DNA of 64,000 nucleotides from Candidatus Harrisonbacteria bacterium (GCA_023245035.1 JAHFLD010000002.1:67297-131296); one strand, 5' to 3'; numbered from the stretch's first letter, positions 18,843 through 29,764 are shown. Translations and numbers: made by a program. The notes: generated by a model from the letters alone, not told the origin.

Positions 18843-18968
18843 ATGAAAAAGAAGGGCTTAATTAAAAAGCAAAAAATTTGCAGTCGCGGGCATTTGTATC
18901 GCGGAAGCGGCGCGTGCTTGGTGTGCTGGCCCGGGCGCGGGAAGAAAGAGAAGAAGTTTTCTTTTTAA
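18843..18968 (+). CDS. Small basic zinc-ribbon protein (41 aa, below ORF-track cutoff)
   Basis: MKKKGLIKKQKICSRGHLYRGSGACLVCWPGRGKKEKKFSF; C-x3-H...C-x2-C. Confidence 0.55.
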   Translation: MKKKGLIKKQKICSRGHLYRGSGACLVCWPGRGKKEKKFSF

Positions 18969-19072
18969 TAAGGAAGGTTGTTTTGTTTTTTTATTGGATT
19001 GGTGGTATTTTGTTGTCTTGTTAGGTGGGAGATTTGGATTTTGTGCGATTGGCACTTTTACAAGGAGTTTCC

Positions 19073-19561
19073 ATGAGACTGCTGAAGCGGTTGGCAAACT
19101 GGTTGCGAAGACGAGGCTGGCTGGCGAAAAAGTACGATACCAAGGGGATGCTGAAAGATAATCCGGTGAGTTTCGGAGAAAAGATTTCTTGTTCACATGG
19201 CGTAACCGAGATGGAGGTGGAATATATCGTTCTCGGTCGACCGCTTAGTTTGATGTCTTCCCCGATGTGTAACGCCTGTACCACGCAATATTTGAACCGA
19301 TTTTGCACGCTCTGCGCGACTTGTCTGGAGCCGATCTTGCCGGCAACTGCGGTGGGGCTCGCGTGGCAAGGCGCGCAACATCGTTTTACGCATCTAACGT
19401 TTGGTTGCTGTGAGACCGCCGGTCTTTATTGCGGATTTTGGGGCGAGGGTAGATTGTTTTCGCTTCACGAAATCAATCCGCAGAAATATGCCAAGGGCGC
19501 CACGACCGCGATCGGACAGGCCTTCTCTAGCGGCAGCGTGGTTTCGGATGTCATTCCCTAG
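19073..19561 (+). CDS. Hypothetical Cys-rich protein
   Basis: AAGGAG SD, several CxxC, terminator at about 19574-19605. Confidence 0.7.
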   Translation: MRLLKRLANWLRRRGWLAKKYDTKGMLKDNPVSFGEKISCSHGVTEMEVEYIVLGRPLSLMSSPMCNACTTQYLNRFCTLCATCLEPILPATAVGLAWQGAQHRFTHLTFGCCETAGLYCGFWGEGRLFSLHEINPQKYAKGATTAIGQAFSSGSVVSDVIP

Positions 19562-19620
19562 TTCTTTTGGATACAGAGTCGCGTCTTCTTGGCGCGGCTC
19601 TTTTTATATGCGCAACATAA

Positions 19621-19722
19621 GAAAACCCCGGCCATTTTAGGCCGGGGATGAAGCGCATATACCCCGAGCGTAGTCGAGGGGTATTCCAAGGAGGCCACGG
19701 CCGTAAGGCCGTGGAGGTTCAC
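19621..19722 (+). mobile_element. Miniature non-autonomous IS200/IS605-type element with nested palindrome
   Basis: Left hairpin AACCCCGGCC-ATTTTA-GGCCGGGGATGAA; right hairpin GCCACGGCC-GTAA-GGCCGTGGAGGTTCAC; no ORF. Confidence 0.6.
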
Positions 19723-19746
19723 ATTGGTATGCTATAATTTTTTAGT

Positions 19747-20166
19747 ATGAACTATCTATCTTTTGGGTGGTGGCCGCTTTTGCTGGCCGGGGTGCTTAAT
19801 ATGGTGGTTGGTTTCTTGTGGTATTCGCCGTGGGTTTTTGGTCCGCTTTGGATAAAAGCCAGCGGTGTTTCCAAGGAGGGGATGAAGATGTCAAAAAATG
19901 GAATGGGTGGGATTTATGCCACGAGTTTTGGATTGGGATTGCTTTTGGCGGCAATGCTCTACCTGCTGCTGGTCAATTTAAATCTGACCGAAGTTTTTCC
20001 GGCTTTGAAACTCACCTTCGCTTTGTGGCTGGGTTTTGTGTTTAGCGTGAAGGCCAACGATATGCTCTATAGCCAGCAAAAGTCACCAACTTTGTTTTGG
20101 ATCGGGTCGCTGTATTATTTGGCTTCAATGGCGGTGATGGCGCTGGTCTTTACCCTTTGGTATTGA
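19747..20166 (+). CDS. DUF1761-like membrane protein
   Basis: GFLWYSPWVFG..W, four TM segments. Confidence 0.8.
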   Translation: MNYLSFGWWPLLLAGVLNMVVGFLWYSPWVFGPLWIKASGVSKEGMKMSKNGMGGIYATSFGLGLLLAAMLYLLLVNLNLTEVFPALKLTFALWLGFVFSVKANDMLYSQQKSPTLFWIGSLYYLASMAVMALVFTLWY

Positions 20167-20168
20167 AT

Positions 20169-20648
20169 ATGTTTGGATTTTTGTGGTCATTGGTTCGCTT
20201 GGTTTTTCGAGTAGCTATTTTATTGCTGGCGCTTGGATTTATTTTGAATTGGTGGACGGGGCGAAGTTTGAGACACGCTGAATTTTTAAAAGGTAGCGTA
20301 CCGAATCCCGCGCTGGATGGTTTTTACAAAGGGTCGGCGAGTTTTTATACCGGATCGTGGCGCGGTAAAAAATTTGACGCGACTAATTTATCCGGAATAA
20401 ATGTTTTTGGAAGCAACGATACTACCAAAGAGCGTTTTCCGTTTAAAACTTCAACCGGAAGGAGCGTGGGCGATTCGGAGCTTACGGTGCTCAAGATTGA
20501 CTATGACATTCAGCAAAATCCATTTTGGTTGCGACCGATATTGGACGAGTTGGTGCAGGTTTCTCCCGGGAGGTATTTGGGGACGATGAATTTGCGCTTG
20601 ATCCCGGGTTTTCCGTTTCGGGTGGTGTATTTTGAGCTGAATAAATAG
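20169..20648 (+). CDS. Hypothetical membrane-anchored protein
   Basis: N-terminal TM; W.GKKFD, IDYD..QNP.WLR..LDELV...G.YLG. Confidence 0.75.
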   Translation: MFGFLWSLVRLVFRVAILLLALGFILNWWTGRSLRHAEFLKGSVPNPALDGFYKGSASFYTGSWRGKKFDATNLSGINVFGSNDTTKERFPFKTSTGRSVGDSELTVLKIDYDIQQNPFWLRPILDELVQVSPGRYLGTMNLRLIPGFPFRVVYFELNK

Positions 20649-20927
20649 GGTAGAGGGTGAAGGGGAAGGGTTGGGATTATATAGGGAGGGGAAGACAAAA
20701 AACCGGCAGTCTTGCGACTACCGGAGGCGGTGAAACGCCGTTCTTCAAGTGTCAAAAGCACACTGGATCAATAGTTTCACCGGATACTTGCAGAGGAACA
20801 GAGAGACAATAGTTTTACTAAAAAACAAAGTACGAGAAGTTCCTTCGCAAGATTTTTATAGATTATATAGCTTTTTTATGAGTGTCAAACTTCACGCTTC
20901 AGGCTCTGCGGAGTATAGTTGTTTTAT

Positions 20928-21629
20928 ATGGCGAAACGGAAGGTGGCGGTGTTTGATATTGATGGGACGATTTTTCGCTCCAGTCTGTTAATCGAGCTTA
21001 CCGAGGGGCTGATTCAGGCGGGGATTTTTCCGCGAAAAGTGGAGAAGGTTTATGCCACGGCGTATCGTGCTTGGCTGTCGCGGACCGGAAGCTACGAAGA
21101 TTACATAGCGGGAGTGATTAAGGGATTTGAAAAATATATTCGCGGGGTGCCGATGGCTGACTTTCGGCGGGTGTCGCGAAGCGTGGCGATGTTTCATCGC
21201 GGACGGGTTTATCGTTACACGCGCGACTTGGTCGCCAAGCTGAAGAAAAAAGGTTATTTTTTGCTGGCGATTTCCCATTCGCCAAAAACCGTGGTTGATT
21301 TTTTTGCCGAGCATTTGGGATTTGATAAGATTTATGCCCGTTTACACGAGTTGGACGCCCGTGGACGGCTTTTGCCCGGAACACTCTATCCCGATCTTAT
21401 TTTTGATAAGGCTAAAGTTTTACGAAGAGCGATGGAGAAGGAGGGGCTGGCCTTGCGGGGGTCGGTGGGCGTGGGAGATACGAGTAGTGATATTTCTTTT
21501 TTGAAGCTGGTGGATCGACCGATTTGTTTTAATCCAAATGCTGGCTTGTATCGTTACGCGAAGCGACATGGCTGGAAAATAGTGGTGGAGAGAAAGGATG
21601 TGGTTTATGAAGTTGGTGGTGGAGGTTAA
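20928..21629 (+). CDS. HAD-IB family hydrolase
   Basis: FDIDGT, GVGDTSSD, CFNP. Confidence 0.9.
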   Translation: MAKRKVAVFDIDGTIFRSSLLIELTEGLIQAGIFPRKVEKVYATAYRAWLSRTGSYEDYIAGVIKGFEKYIRGVPMADFRRVSRSVAMFHRGRVYRYTRDLVAKLKKKGYFLLAISHSPKTVVDFFAEHLGFDKIYARLHELDARGRLLPGTLYPDLIFDKAKVLRRAMEKEGLALRGSVGVGDTSSDISFLKLVDRPICFNPNAGLYRYAKRHGWKIVVERKDVVYEVGGGG

Positions 21630-21971
21630 CCCCGCCATGGCTCCGTTTTTGCTCTGGTAATGCTCGGTTTTTTTTGGAGTCTGCGGATTTTTTACGCTAC
21701 TTTGTCTATTTGCTTCTAGCTTTGGCTAGGTAAAAAATAGATGCATTGTTGACGCCTTGGTGTTGTCGATACACCACCTCCAGCACACCCCCTTGCTTTT
21801 TTTGAGGGTCTCGTGTATACTGCCTGGGTTGTAAGTTTTTCTCATTTTAGTTTCCAAGGCCTAGCGCGTTTATACGTGTGAGGATAAGTCGGAGACGAAA
21901 GTCTTTCGTGAAGTAGGAACAAGAGAGAAGGTCGGCTTACACCAAAGAAAAAGACAAACACACACGTACCG

Positions 21972-22298
21972 ATGGCTAAGAAATTATACGTTGGTGGATT
22001 GCCCTACAGCACGAATGACGAGGCTTTGAAAGAAGCTTTCGCTCAAGCGGGAACTGTAGCTTCGGCGACCATCATCATGGACAAGATGTCCGGCCGCTCC
22101 AAGGGTTTCGGTTTCGTTGAAATGGCCTCCGATGAGGAAGCTATGAAAGCGATCGAAATGTGGAATGGCAAGGAGCTTGGCGGTCGAACGCTGATCGTGA
22201 ATGAAGCCCGTCCGATGGAGGCCCGTCCTCCGCGTCGCGATGGAGGCTTTGGTCGCGGTGGCTTCGGCGGCGGACGAGATTCCGGCAGTAACTGGTAG
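21972..22298 (+). CDS. RRM RNA-binding protein with Gly/Arg tail
   Basis: KLYVGGL (RNP2), KGFGFVEM (RNP1), VNEARP. Confidence 0.95.
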   Translation: MAKKLYVGGLPYSTNDEALKEAFAQAGTVASATIIMDKMSGRSKGFGFVEMASDEEAMKAIEMWNGKELGGRTLIVNEARPMEARPPRRDGGFGRGGFGGGRDSGSNW

Positions 22299-22393
22299 TC
22301 TCTCCGTTTTCCACAAAAACGCCCGTTGGATTTTTTCCGGCGGGTGTTTTTGTTTTGGTTGCGTTCTCGGGATTCAGGCCTTATACTTTTCTG

Positions 22394-22969
22394 ATGAATA
22401 CACCAGAACGAGGTTTTAGCGCGATTTGGATTATCGGTATTTTGCTGATTGTTTTGATTGGTGTCGGTTTTTATTCGGCGAACCTGAGAAGCGAGGCGCC
22501 GAAGGGCGATGTGGTGAGCCAAGTATCTTTGCCGATGCCGACTTCGCCGTTACCGCTGGTTGATGGTCAGAATACCCTCGATACTCCGACTGGTTCCTAT
22601 GTTGGCCAAGTTTTGGCAGGCAGTGCTTCGCCTTTGCTCGCGTTTAATAAAACGGATTATGAAGTTGCGGTTAAGAGTGGCAAACTCACGGTGCTTTATT
22701 TTTACGCGAACTGGTGTCCTATTTGCAAGGCCGAGTTTCCGGTGATGCAGGAGGTTTTTAACGGACTTACGAACGAAAAAGTCGTTGGGTTTCGGGTGAA
22801 TTACAATGATTCGGAAACCGACGCGGATGAAAAAGCTTTGGCGAAGGAGTTTGGGGTTGGTTATCAGCACACCAAGGTTTTGGTGAAGGACGGCGCGCGG
22901 GTTTTGAAGTCGCCGGAGTCGTGGAACAAGGAGCGATACATGGCGGAGATTAGCCGCCTAACTCGCTAA
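22394..22969 (+). CDS. Membrane-anchored thioredoxin-like protein
   Basis: TM + FYANWCPIC. Confidence 0.85.
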   Translation: MNTPERGFSAIWIIGILLIVLIGVGFYSANLRSEAPKGDVVSQVSLPMPTSPLPLVDGQNTLDTPTGSYVGQVLAGSASPLLAFNKTDYEVAVKSGKLTVLYFYANWCPICKAEFPVMQEVFNGLTNEKVVGFRVNYNDSETDADEKALAKEFGVGYQHTKVLVKDGARVLKSPESWNKERYMAEISRLTR

Positions 22970-23033
22970 ATCATGGTTATGTAGTTTTTGATTCTTGATG
23001 TAATCCGCCATGGGCGGAACGAGGCTTATTTTT

Positions 23034-23675
23034 ATGGACTCTATTCCTTTTTTGCTTTTTCAGCTTTTTGTCTTGATTTTTTCGGTTATTATTCACGAGA
23101 TCTCCCATGGCGCGATAGCGTTGCGTTTGGGAGATACGACGGCGAGAGATGCCGGACGGCTAACCTTGAATCCGATTAAGCACGTGGATTTGTTCGGTTC
23201 GGTTTTATTGCCAATCTCTTTGTTTTTTATTTCCGGCGGGCAGACGACTTTGGGTTGGGCGAAACCGGTACCCTATAATCCGTTTAACTTGCGGAAGCCA
23301 AAATTGCACGCGGGGCTGGTGGCGCTAGCGGGGCCGGCGAGCAATATTTTGATCGCGATATTTTTTGGAATTATAGCGCGGGTTTTGTTTCCGCTCGCGC
23401 AGGTGAGTTTTCTTGGCGAGCTTATTTTGGCTTTTAATGTGATTGTTTTGACCAATATAGCGCTCGCGATTTTTAACTTATTGCCTTTTCCACCGCTCGA
23501 CGGCTCTAAAGTTTTGTTCGCGCTTCTGCCGGACGGTTTTCAGGAGATTCAGCATTTTTTGAATCGCTACGGATTTTTTATACTGCTTTTCGTCATTTTT
23601 TTTGGCTTCCATTTTGTGACGCCGGTAATCGCTTTTATCTATAGAATTATTGTTGGAAGCGCGGCGATATTTTAG
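23034..23675 (+). CDS. Site-2 protease (M50)
   Basis: HEISH, AGPASN, NLLPFPPLDG. Confidence 0.92.
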   Translation: MDSIPFLLFQLFVLIFSVIIHEISHGAIALRLGDTTARDAGRLTLNPIKHVDLFGSVLLPISLFFISGGQTTLGWAKPVPYNPFNLRKPKLHAGLVALAGPASNILIAIFFGIIARVLFPLAQVSFLGELILAFNVIVLTNIALAIFNLLPFPPLDGSKVLFALLPDGFQEIQHFLNRYGFFILLFVIFFGFHFVTPVIAFIYRIIVGSAAIF

Positions 23676-23734
23676 GCGGCTCGTTTTTTGCCGGTTGACG
23701 AGGTTTTGGCACCTTTGCTACACTGTTTCCCTGT

Positions 23735-24154
23735 ATGCCAACCATTAGGCAATTAGTGAAGCGCGGGCGAACTTCTCGCGTCTATAAGGCGAAGGCTCCG
23801 GCTTTGCGCCGTTATTTTAATGCCATTCAAAACCGACCGATTACGGTTCCTTCGCCGTTTAAGCGGGGGGTGTGCGTGAAAGTTTTTACTACGACGCCGA
23901 AAAAGCCAAACTCGGCTTTGCGCAAAGTGGCGAGAGTCAAGCTGACTAACGGCATGGAAGTTACCGCTTATATTCCGGGCGAGGGTCATAACTTGCAAGA
24001 GCACTCGGTGGTGGTGATTCGAGGCGGAAGAGTTAAGGATTTGCCGGGAGTTCGCTACCACATAGTGCGCGGCGTGCTCGATACCGCCGGAGTTGAAGAC
24101 CGCAGACAGCAACGCTCTAAATACGGAGCCAAGACACCGAAGGCGAAGGAGTAG
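23735..24154 (+). CDS. rpsL: 30S ribosomal protein S12
   Basis: [22 protein letters not shown]. Confidence 0.99.
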   Translation: MPTIRQLVKRGRTSRVYKAKAPALRRYFNAIQNRPITVPSPFKRGVCVKVFTTTPKKPNSALRKVARVKLTNGMEVTAYIPGEGHNLQEHSVVVIRGGRVKDLPGVRYHIVRGVLDTAGVEDRRQQRSKYGAKTPKAKE

Positions 24155-24169
24155 CGCGTTAGGCGACTA

Positions 24170-24207
24170 TCAACGAATTACGAATTTTTTACGAATATAC
24201 GAATAAA
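24170..24207. repeat. ACGAAT-type short tandem repeat (family D)
   Basis: ACGAATTTTTTACGAATATACGAATAAA is identical to 29677-29704. Confidence 0.75.
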
Positions 24208-24215
24208 TAAATTGT

Positions 24216-24683
24216 ATGAGAAAGAAACGAAATTATAGCCGAGAGCGGGTTGGAGACATGAAGCACGAAAGTGTGGCCGTGGGGCGTTTTATTAATTACC
24301 TGATGAGTGATGGCAAGAAGTCGGTCGCCGAGCGCGTTCTTTATGACGCTTTTGACGTTATCGCCAAGGAGACCAAGGAGAAGCCATTGCAGATTTTTGA
24401 GAAGGCCTTGGAGAATGTTTCGCCGGCGGTGGAGGTGGCTTCCAAACGAGTTGGTGGTGCCAATTACCAGGTGCCCAGAGAGGTGCGGCCGGAGCGGAAG
24501 TTTATGCTCGCGGTGCGGTGGATTATTCTTGGCGCCCGCGCCAAGAAAGGAAAGCCGATGGCGGCCCGCTTGGCGGAAGAGTTAATCGCCGCCTCAAAAA
24601 ATGAGGGTAACGCGATTAAAAAGAAGTTGGACACCCATCGGATGGCGGAGGCCAACCGAGCGTTCGCGCATTTTTCTTGGTAA
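24216..24683 (+). CDS. rpsG: 30S ribosomal protein S7
   Basis: RVGGANYQVP, HRMAEANRAFAHF. Confidence 0.99.
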   Translation: MRKKRNYSRERVGDMKHESVAVGRFINYLMSDGKKSVAERVLYDAFDVIAKETKEKPLQIFEKALENVSPAVEVASKRVGGANYQVPREVRPERKFMLAVRWIILGARAKKGKPMAARLAEELIAASKNEGNAIKKKLDTHRMAEANRAFAHFSW

Positions 24684-24782
24684 AGAAAAATATAATCAAT
24701 CAGGCGACGGGATGTTTAAAATTTATTAATATATCTCTGGTTATTTTGATTAATTTGCAAGGAATCGCAAATTCATAATTCT

Positions 24783-26897
24783 ATGAGGCAGTACCCAATG
24801 CAAAAAGTGAGAGATATTGGTGTTGTCGCGCACATCGATGCCGGTAAGACAACCGTTTCAGAGCGAATTCTTTTTTATACCGGAATTTCCCATAAGATAG
24901 GCGAGGTGCATACCGGCGACACGGTGATGGATTGGATGGATCAGGAGCGCGAACGAGGCATTACGATTACCTCGGCGGCGACCACTTGTTTTTGGACGCC
25001 GACTTACGCTCATAAGGACGCGGCCGGCAAAGACAAGGCCGATGAGCACCGGATTAATTTGATTGACACTCCGGGACATATTGACTTTACCGTGGAGGTG
25101 AAGAGATCGCTGCGCGTTTTGGACGGCGCGGTGGTGGTGTTTGACGGCGTGGCCGGCGTGGAGCCGCAATCGGAAACCAACTGGAGGTACGCCGATGATT
25201 ACAAGGTGCCGCGAATTTGTTTTATTAATAAATTAGACCGGATGGGCGCGAGCTTTGAAAACAGTTTGAAATCCATTCAAGATCGTTTAACTCCGAATGC
25301 CATTCCAATTCAATTGCCGATAGGACTCGAGGGAAATTTTGAAGGCATTGTGGATTTGTTGCGAATGAAGGCCTATCACTTTACGGGCGAGCGAGGCGAA
25401 AACATAGTTGAGGGAGAGATTCCAGCCCAAATGCTCGATGAGGCTAAATTACGAAACCATGAATTGGTGGAAAAAATCGTGGAGCAGGACGACCGCCTGA
25501 TGCACTCCTATTTGGAGGGGAGAATTCCGGCGCTTCATGAGCTAAAGGCCACTTTGCGCAAAGCGACGATTGCCAACAGTATTGTGCCGGTGGTTACCGG
25601 ATCGGCTCTAAAAAATAAGGGCGTGCAATTTGTTTTGGACGCGGTGGTGGATTATCTGCCCTCGCCACTAGACATTCCTCCGGTCAAAGGAATTGATCCT
25701 AAGACCAACGCCGAAATTAGCCGAAGTCCGAACGACAACGAGCCGGCTTCCGCGTTGGCTTTTAAAATTGCCGCCGATCCTTTTGTGGGCAGTCTGACTT
25801 TTTTCCGCGTCTATTCCGGAGTGGTCAAAAAGGGAAGCTATGTTTTTAATTCCACGAAGGGCATTCAGGAGCGCGTCGGCCGCATCGTGCGGATGCACGC
25901 CAATCACCGCGAAGAAGTTGATGAGATTCCAGCCGGAGATTTGGGCGCGATTGTGGGTTTGAAAGATACGACGACTGGAGACACTTTGTGTGATTCCGAA
26001 CGGCCGATTATTTTGGAAAGAATTGTCTTTCCGGAACCGGTTATTTCCATGCGAGTTGAGCCAAAGACTAAGGCGGATCAAGAAAAAATGGGTATTGCTC
26101 TGCGCCGACTTTCCGAAGAAGATCCGACCTTCCGAGTCGGTGGCGATCCGGAGACCGGTGAGATGATTATCTCTGGAATGGGTGAGTTACATTTGGAAGT
26201 TTTGGTGGAGCGGATGAAGCGGGAGTTTAGCGTTCTGGCGAATACGGGCAAGCCGCAAGTGGCGTATCGCGAAACTATTCGCCGTCACGCCGAAGCCGAA
26301 GGCAGATATATTCGCCAGACCGGAGGGCGAGGTCAATATGGTCACGTTAAGATTAAGCTGGATCCATTGGAGCGAGGCAAGGGTTTTGAATTTATTGATG
26401 ACACGACCGGCGGTTCCATTCCGCGCGAGTTTATCGCGCCGGTGGAAAAGGGTGTTCGGGAGGCCTTGACTCGGGGTATTTTGGCCGGTTATCCGGTTAC
26501 CGATCTATCTTTGACGCTTTATGATGGCTCGTTCCACGAGGTGGACTCGTCGGAGGCGGCTTTTAAAATTGCCGGTTCTATGGCTTTTCAGGAGGCGGCC
26601 AAGGCAGGGGATCCGGTTATTTTGGAGCCGATTATGAAGGTGCAGGTTTTGATGCCGGCGGAGTTTATGGGCGACATCACCGGAGACATCGCCGCCAAGC
26701 GAGGCAAGATTGAATCGATGGATGATCGGATGAACATTAAAGTAGTGAATGCCAAAGTTCCGCTTTCTGAAATGTTTGGTTATGCCACGAAGTTGCGCTC
26801 AATGACGCAGGGACGCGGCAATTTTACAATGGAGTTTTCACACTACGAGGAGGTGCCGAAGAGTGTGTCACAGCTTATAATTGAGGGCAAGAAGTAG
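24783..26897 (+). CDS. fusA: Elongation factor G
   Basis: [26 protein letters not shown]. Confidence 0.99.
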   Translation: MRQYPMQKVRDIGVVAHIDAGKTTVSERILFYTGISHKIGEVHTGDTVMDWMDQERERGITITSAATTCFWTPTYAHKDAAGKDKADEHRINLIDTPGHIDFTVEVKRSLRVLDGAVVVFDGVAGVEPQSETNWRYADDYKVPRICFINKLDRMGASFENSLKSIQDRLTPNAIPIQLPIGLEGNFEGIVDLLRMKAYHFTGERGENIVEGEIPAQMLDEAKLRNHELVEKIVEQDDRLMHSYLEGRIPALHELKATLRKATIANSIVPVVTGSALKNKGVQFVLDAVVDYLPSPLDIPPVKGIDPKTNAEISRSPNDNEPASALAFKIAADPFVGSLTFFRVYSGVVKKGSYVFNSTKGIQERVGRIVRMHANHREEVDEIPAGDLGAIVGLKDTTTGDTLCDSERPIILERIVFPEPVISMRVEPKTKADQEKMGIALRRLSEEDPTFRVGGDPETGEMIISGMGELHLEVLVERMKREFSVLANTGKPQVAYRETIRRHAEAEGRYIRQTGGRGQYGHVKIKLDPLERGKGFEFIDDTTGGSIPREFIAPVEKGVREALTRGILAGYPVTDLSLTLYDGSFHEVDSSEAAFKIAGSMAFQEAAKAGDPVILEPIMKVQVLMPAEFMGDITGDIAAKRGKIESMDDRMNIKVVNAKVPLSEMFGYATKLRSMTQGRGNFTMEFSHYEEVPKSVSQLIIEGKK

Positions 26898-27235
26898 GCT
26901 CGGACTCTTCTTTTGCGGGGGACCGGCTTTGATTTTTTTCCGGCGAAGTAGGCTTGGACTCTCATTCTGCGGGGACCGCGATAGTAAATCTCCAGCGGAT
27001 TTACTTCGCTTCCTCTCGCTTCGGCAATTCCAACTTTAGTTGGAAACCAATCTTGCCGAAGCTCCGAGAGCTCCCCGCAAAATGAAAGTCCTCGCAGTTA
27101 GGGTGATGGAATACCAAGCTGCGAAGCGCTCCGAGAGCTCCCGCCTCCGCTAAACCTGCCTGTCGGCAAACAGGGCTACGGCGGGCAAGCCCTCCTGTTC
27201 GGCGGGCAAGCCCCGCACAAAGAAGAGTCCTCGCG
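26891..27235. repeat. Nested long inverted-repeat element (family C) containing a family B insert
   Basis: Outer GGACTCTTCTTTTGCGGGG...CCCCGCACAAAGAAGAGTCC; inner GGACTCTCATTCTGCGGGG...CCCCGCAAAATGAAAGTCC; related to 50455-50720. Confidence 0.75.
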
Positions 27236-27333
27236 GTTGGATAATTAAAGATGCGAGGTTTTTTGCCTTTTTTTATGGATGTGGTATGGTTTGAGCAGTT
27301 CGTTGACAGTTCGGTTTCCGTTTTTCTCCGACT

Positions 27334-28284
27334 GTGGAGAGAAAGGGGTTAGCTTTGGATGAGCCGAAGGTTCTGTTGGTTGAGCTGAAGATCCCGCGTT
27401 TTTGGACGCTTGGGATGTGGGTTTCCGTTTCCCTTCTCGGTTTGGCGATGGTTTTTTGGTTCGTAGTTCAGCTTTACATGCAGCGAGAGTTTGGCAGGAT
27501 TGATGAGTCCCTAGCGAGGTGGAAGGCCGAAGATGCAAAGACGGCTTCGCTGAATTTGAAGACCGAAGAGACAAAGACGACTCCGCTGTTTCATGACGAT
27601 GGTTCCGTTTTCAAGTCGGACTACGCTTATTCCGATGGCTACTTACCACGAAGCGTGGCGGCGCAGGTGGCAATTCTTCGCGAGCATTTTCCGCAGTTGG
27701 GTTCGTTTGACGAGAATCTGGCGATGCAATTTCTTCCAAGGGGCGCCGAAGCCAACTTCGCCATGCCGAAGTGGCAGAAGATTGACCCGGATTATCCCAG
27801 GGCGGTGCAAAAGATGCTTGGCGCGTCGCACTTGAGCGGCGAGGGTTTCGGGGCTATACCTTCAAGCTTTTCTTTCGATGGCGAGCATTTGGTTTCTATT
27901 CCGCGAACCGTTAATTTTCGAGGCACACTTTACAGCCGTCAAGGACAACACGACATCGTGGTGGTGCCGGCGCAATTTGGCGGGAAGTACGCGGGAAGAT
28001 CGCCGTCGGAGATTGATTTCCGTTTGCCAAGCAATGAGTTTGTCTTTGGCGCCTTTGAACTTGCGGTCTACTATCTGACTCACCCAGAGCGATTGCGCTC
28101 GGAGCGAGACGCTGGTTTGATTGCGGTAGGCGATGAGTGCTGTTTGACTCGTCCGGGTGAGGGAGTTGTTTTTAATATGGCGCCTTGCTTGCTCCAAAAG
28201 AGCAAGTCCGTTCTTTTTTCCTTGCAACTGAAGCACAACTCGTTTGCGTCGTTCGGTTCGCCGACGTGCTTCTTGTCTGAATAG
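27334..28284 (+). CDS. Hypothetical single-TM protein inserted between fusA and tuf
   Basis: 316-aa ORF with own leader and terminator (28291-28325); start uncertain. Confidence 0.75.
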   Translation: MERKGLALDEPKVLLVELKIPRFWTLGMWVSVSLLGLAMVFWFVVQLYMQREFGRIDESLARWKAEDAKTASLNLKTEETKTTPLFHDDGSVFKSDYAYSDGYLPRSVAAQVAILREHFPQLGSFDENLAMQFLPRGAEANFAMPKWQKIDPDYPRAVQKMLGASHLSGEGFGAIPSSFSFDGEHLVSIPRTVNFRGTLYSRQGQHDIVVVPAQFGGKYAGRSPSEIDFRLPSNEFVFGAFELAVYYLTHPERLRSERDAGLIAVGDECCLTRPGEGVVFNMAPCLLQKSKSVLFSLQLKHNSFASFGSPTCFLSE

Positions 28285-28460
28285 TCGGTTAAGCCATCTT
28301 CCGTTTTACGGGCGATGGCTTTTTTATTTGTACACAGGCTTATTGACACTATTTAGGGGTTTGTCTACAATTCAGATATCGCTGCTTGATAGTGGCGGCC
28401 TTGCTTTCTTTCCTGCAAAATCAGTGAGAGGCGAGAAATTATAAACCCATATCAAAAACC

Positions 28461-29660
28461 ATGGCAGAAAAGGAAAAATTTGAAAGAACCAAACCCCACG
28501 TTAACGTCGGAACGATTGGCCACGTTGACCACGGCAAGACGACCTTGACCGCGGCTTTGACTCACGTTTTGCACTTGAACGGCTTGGCTAAGAAAGAGGA
28601 GTCGGTGGACATGATTGACAACGCGCCTGAAGAAAAAGCGCGCGGTATTACTATTGCTTTGCACCACTCGGAATATGAGTCTGCCAAGAGGCACTACGCG
28701 CACATCGATGCTCCGGGACACGCTGACTATATTAAGAACATGATTACCGGCGCCGCGCAGATGGATGGCGCGATTTTGGTTGTTTCGGCGGCTGACGGTC
28801 CGATGCCGCAGACTCGAGAGCACATTCTTTTGGCCCGCCAAGTCGGCGTGCCTTCGGTTGTGGTTTTCTTGAATAAGTGCGACATGGTGGATGATCCGGA
28901 GCTGATTGATTTGGTGGAATCCGAAGTTCGGGAGTTGCTCAAAAAATATGAGTTCCCCGGAGATACCACGCCAATCATTCGCGGTTCGGCCTTGAAGGCT
29001 TTGGAGACGACCTCCGGTTCCAGCGCCGAGGCGAAGCCGATTTTGGATTTGGTTAAGGCGCTTGATGAATTTATTCCGGATCCGGTTCGGGAGACTAACA
29101 AGCCATTCTTGATGCCGGTGGAAGATATCTTCTCTATTGAAGGACGCGGAACGGTGGTAACCGGACGGGTGGAGAGAGGCAAGTTAAAGATTAACGATGA
29201 AATAGAGGTTATCGGTTTGCGACCGAATCAAAAGACGGTAGTAACCGGGATTGAAATGTTTAATAAGTTGCTGGATGAGGCCCAAGCCGGGGACAATGTC
29301 GGCTTGCTCTTGCGTGGTTTGAAAAAAGAAGACGTGGAGCGCGGTCAGGTGCTCGCCAAGGCGGGATCAGTTAATCCGCACGCCGAGTTTGACGCCGAGG
29401 TTTACGTCCTTTCCAAAGAGGAGGGTGGACGACACACGCCGTTTTTCAAGGGCTATAAGCCGCAGTTCTATATTCGCACCACCGACGTGACCGGAGAGGT
29501 TACTTTGCCGGAGGGAATGGAGATGGTGATGCCGGGAGATACGGTAAAAGTCGTGGTCAAGCTAATTTCGCCGGTGGCGCTTGAAGAGAAGCAGCGCTTT
29601 GCGATTCGGGAGGGAGGCAAGACCGTCGGCGCCGGCGTCGTGACGAAGATCATCAAGTAA
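28461..29660 (+). CDS. tuf: Elongation factor Tu
   Basis: [28 protein letters not shown]. Confidence 0.99.
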   Translation: MAEKEKFERTKPHVNVGTIGHVDHGKTTLTAALTHVLHLNGLAKKEESVDMIDNAPEEKARGITIALHHSEYESAKRHYAHIDAPGHADYIKNMITGAAQMDGAILVVSAADGPMPQTREHILLARQVGVPSVVVFLNKCDMVDDPELIDLVESEVRELLKKYEFPGDTTPIIRGSALKALETTSGSSAEAKPILDLVKALDEFIPDPVRETNKPFLMPVEDIFSIEGRGTVVTGRVERGKLKINDEIEVIGLRPNQKTVVTGIEMFNKLLDEAQAGDNVGLLLRGLKKEDVERGQVLAKAGSVNPHAEFDAEVYVLSKEEGGRHTPFFKGYKPQFYIRTTDVTGEVTLPEGMEMVMPGDTVKVVVKLISPVALEEKQRFAIREGGKTVGAGVVTKIIK

Positions 29661-29673
29661 TAAATATCAACTA

Positions 29674-29757
29674 ATAACGAATTTTTTACGAATATACGAA
29701 TAAAAAATTAATTTGAATCTATTCGCTCATTCGGGATTGATTCGCTATTCGTTGATG
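29674..29757. repeat. ACGAAT / ATTCG inverted tandem repeat (family D)
   Basis: Three ACGAAT units followed by four ATTCG units. Confidence 0.7.
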
Positions 29758-29764
29758 AAAGCTT

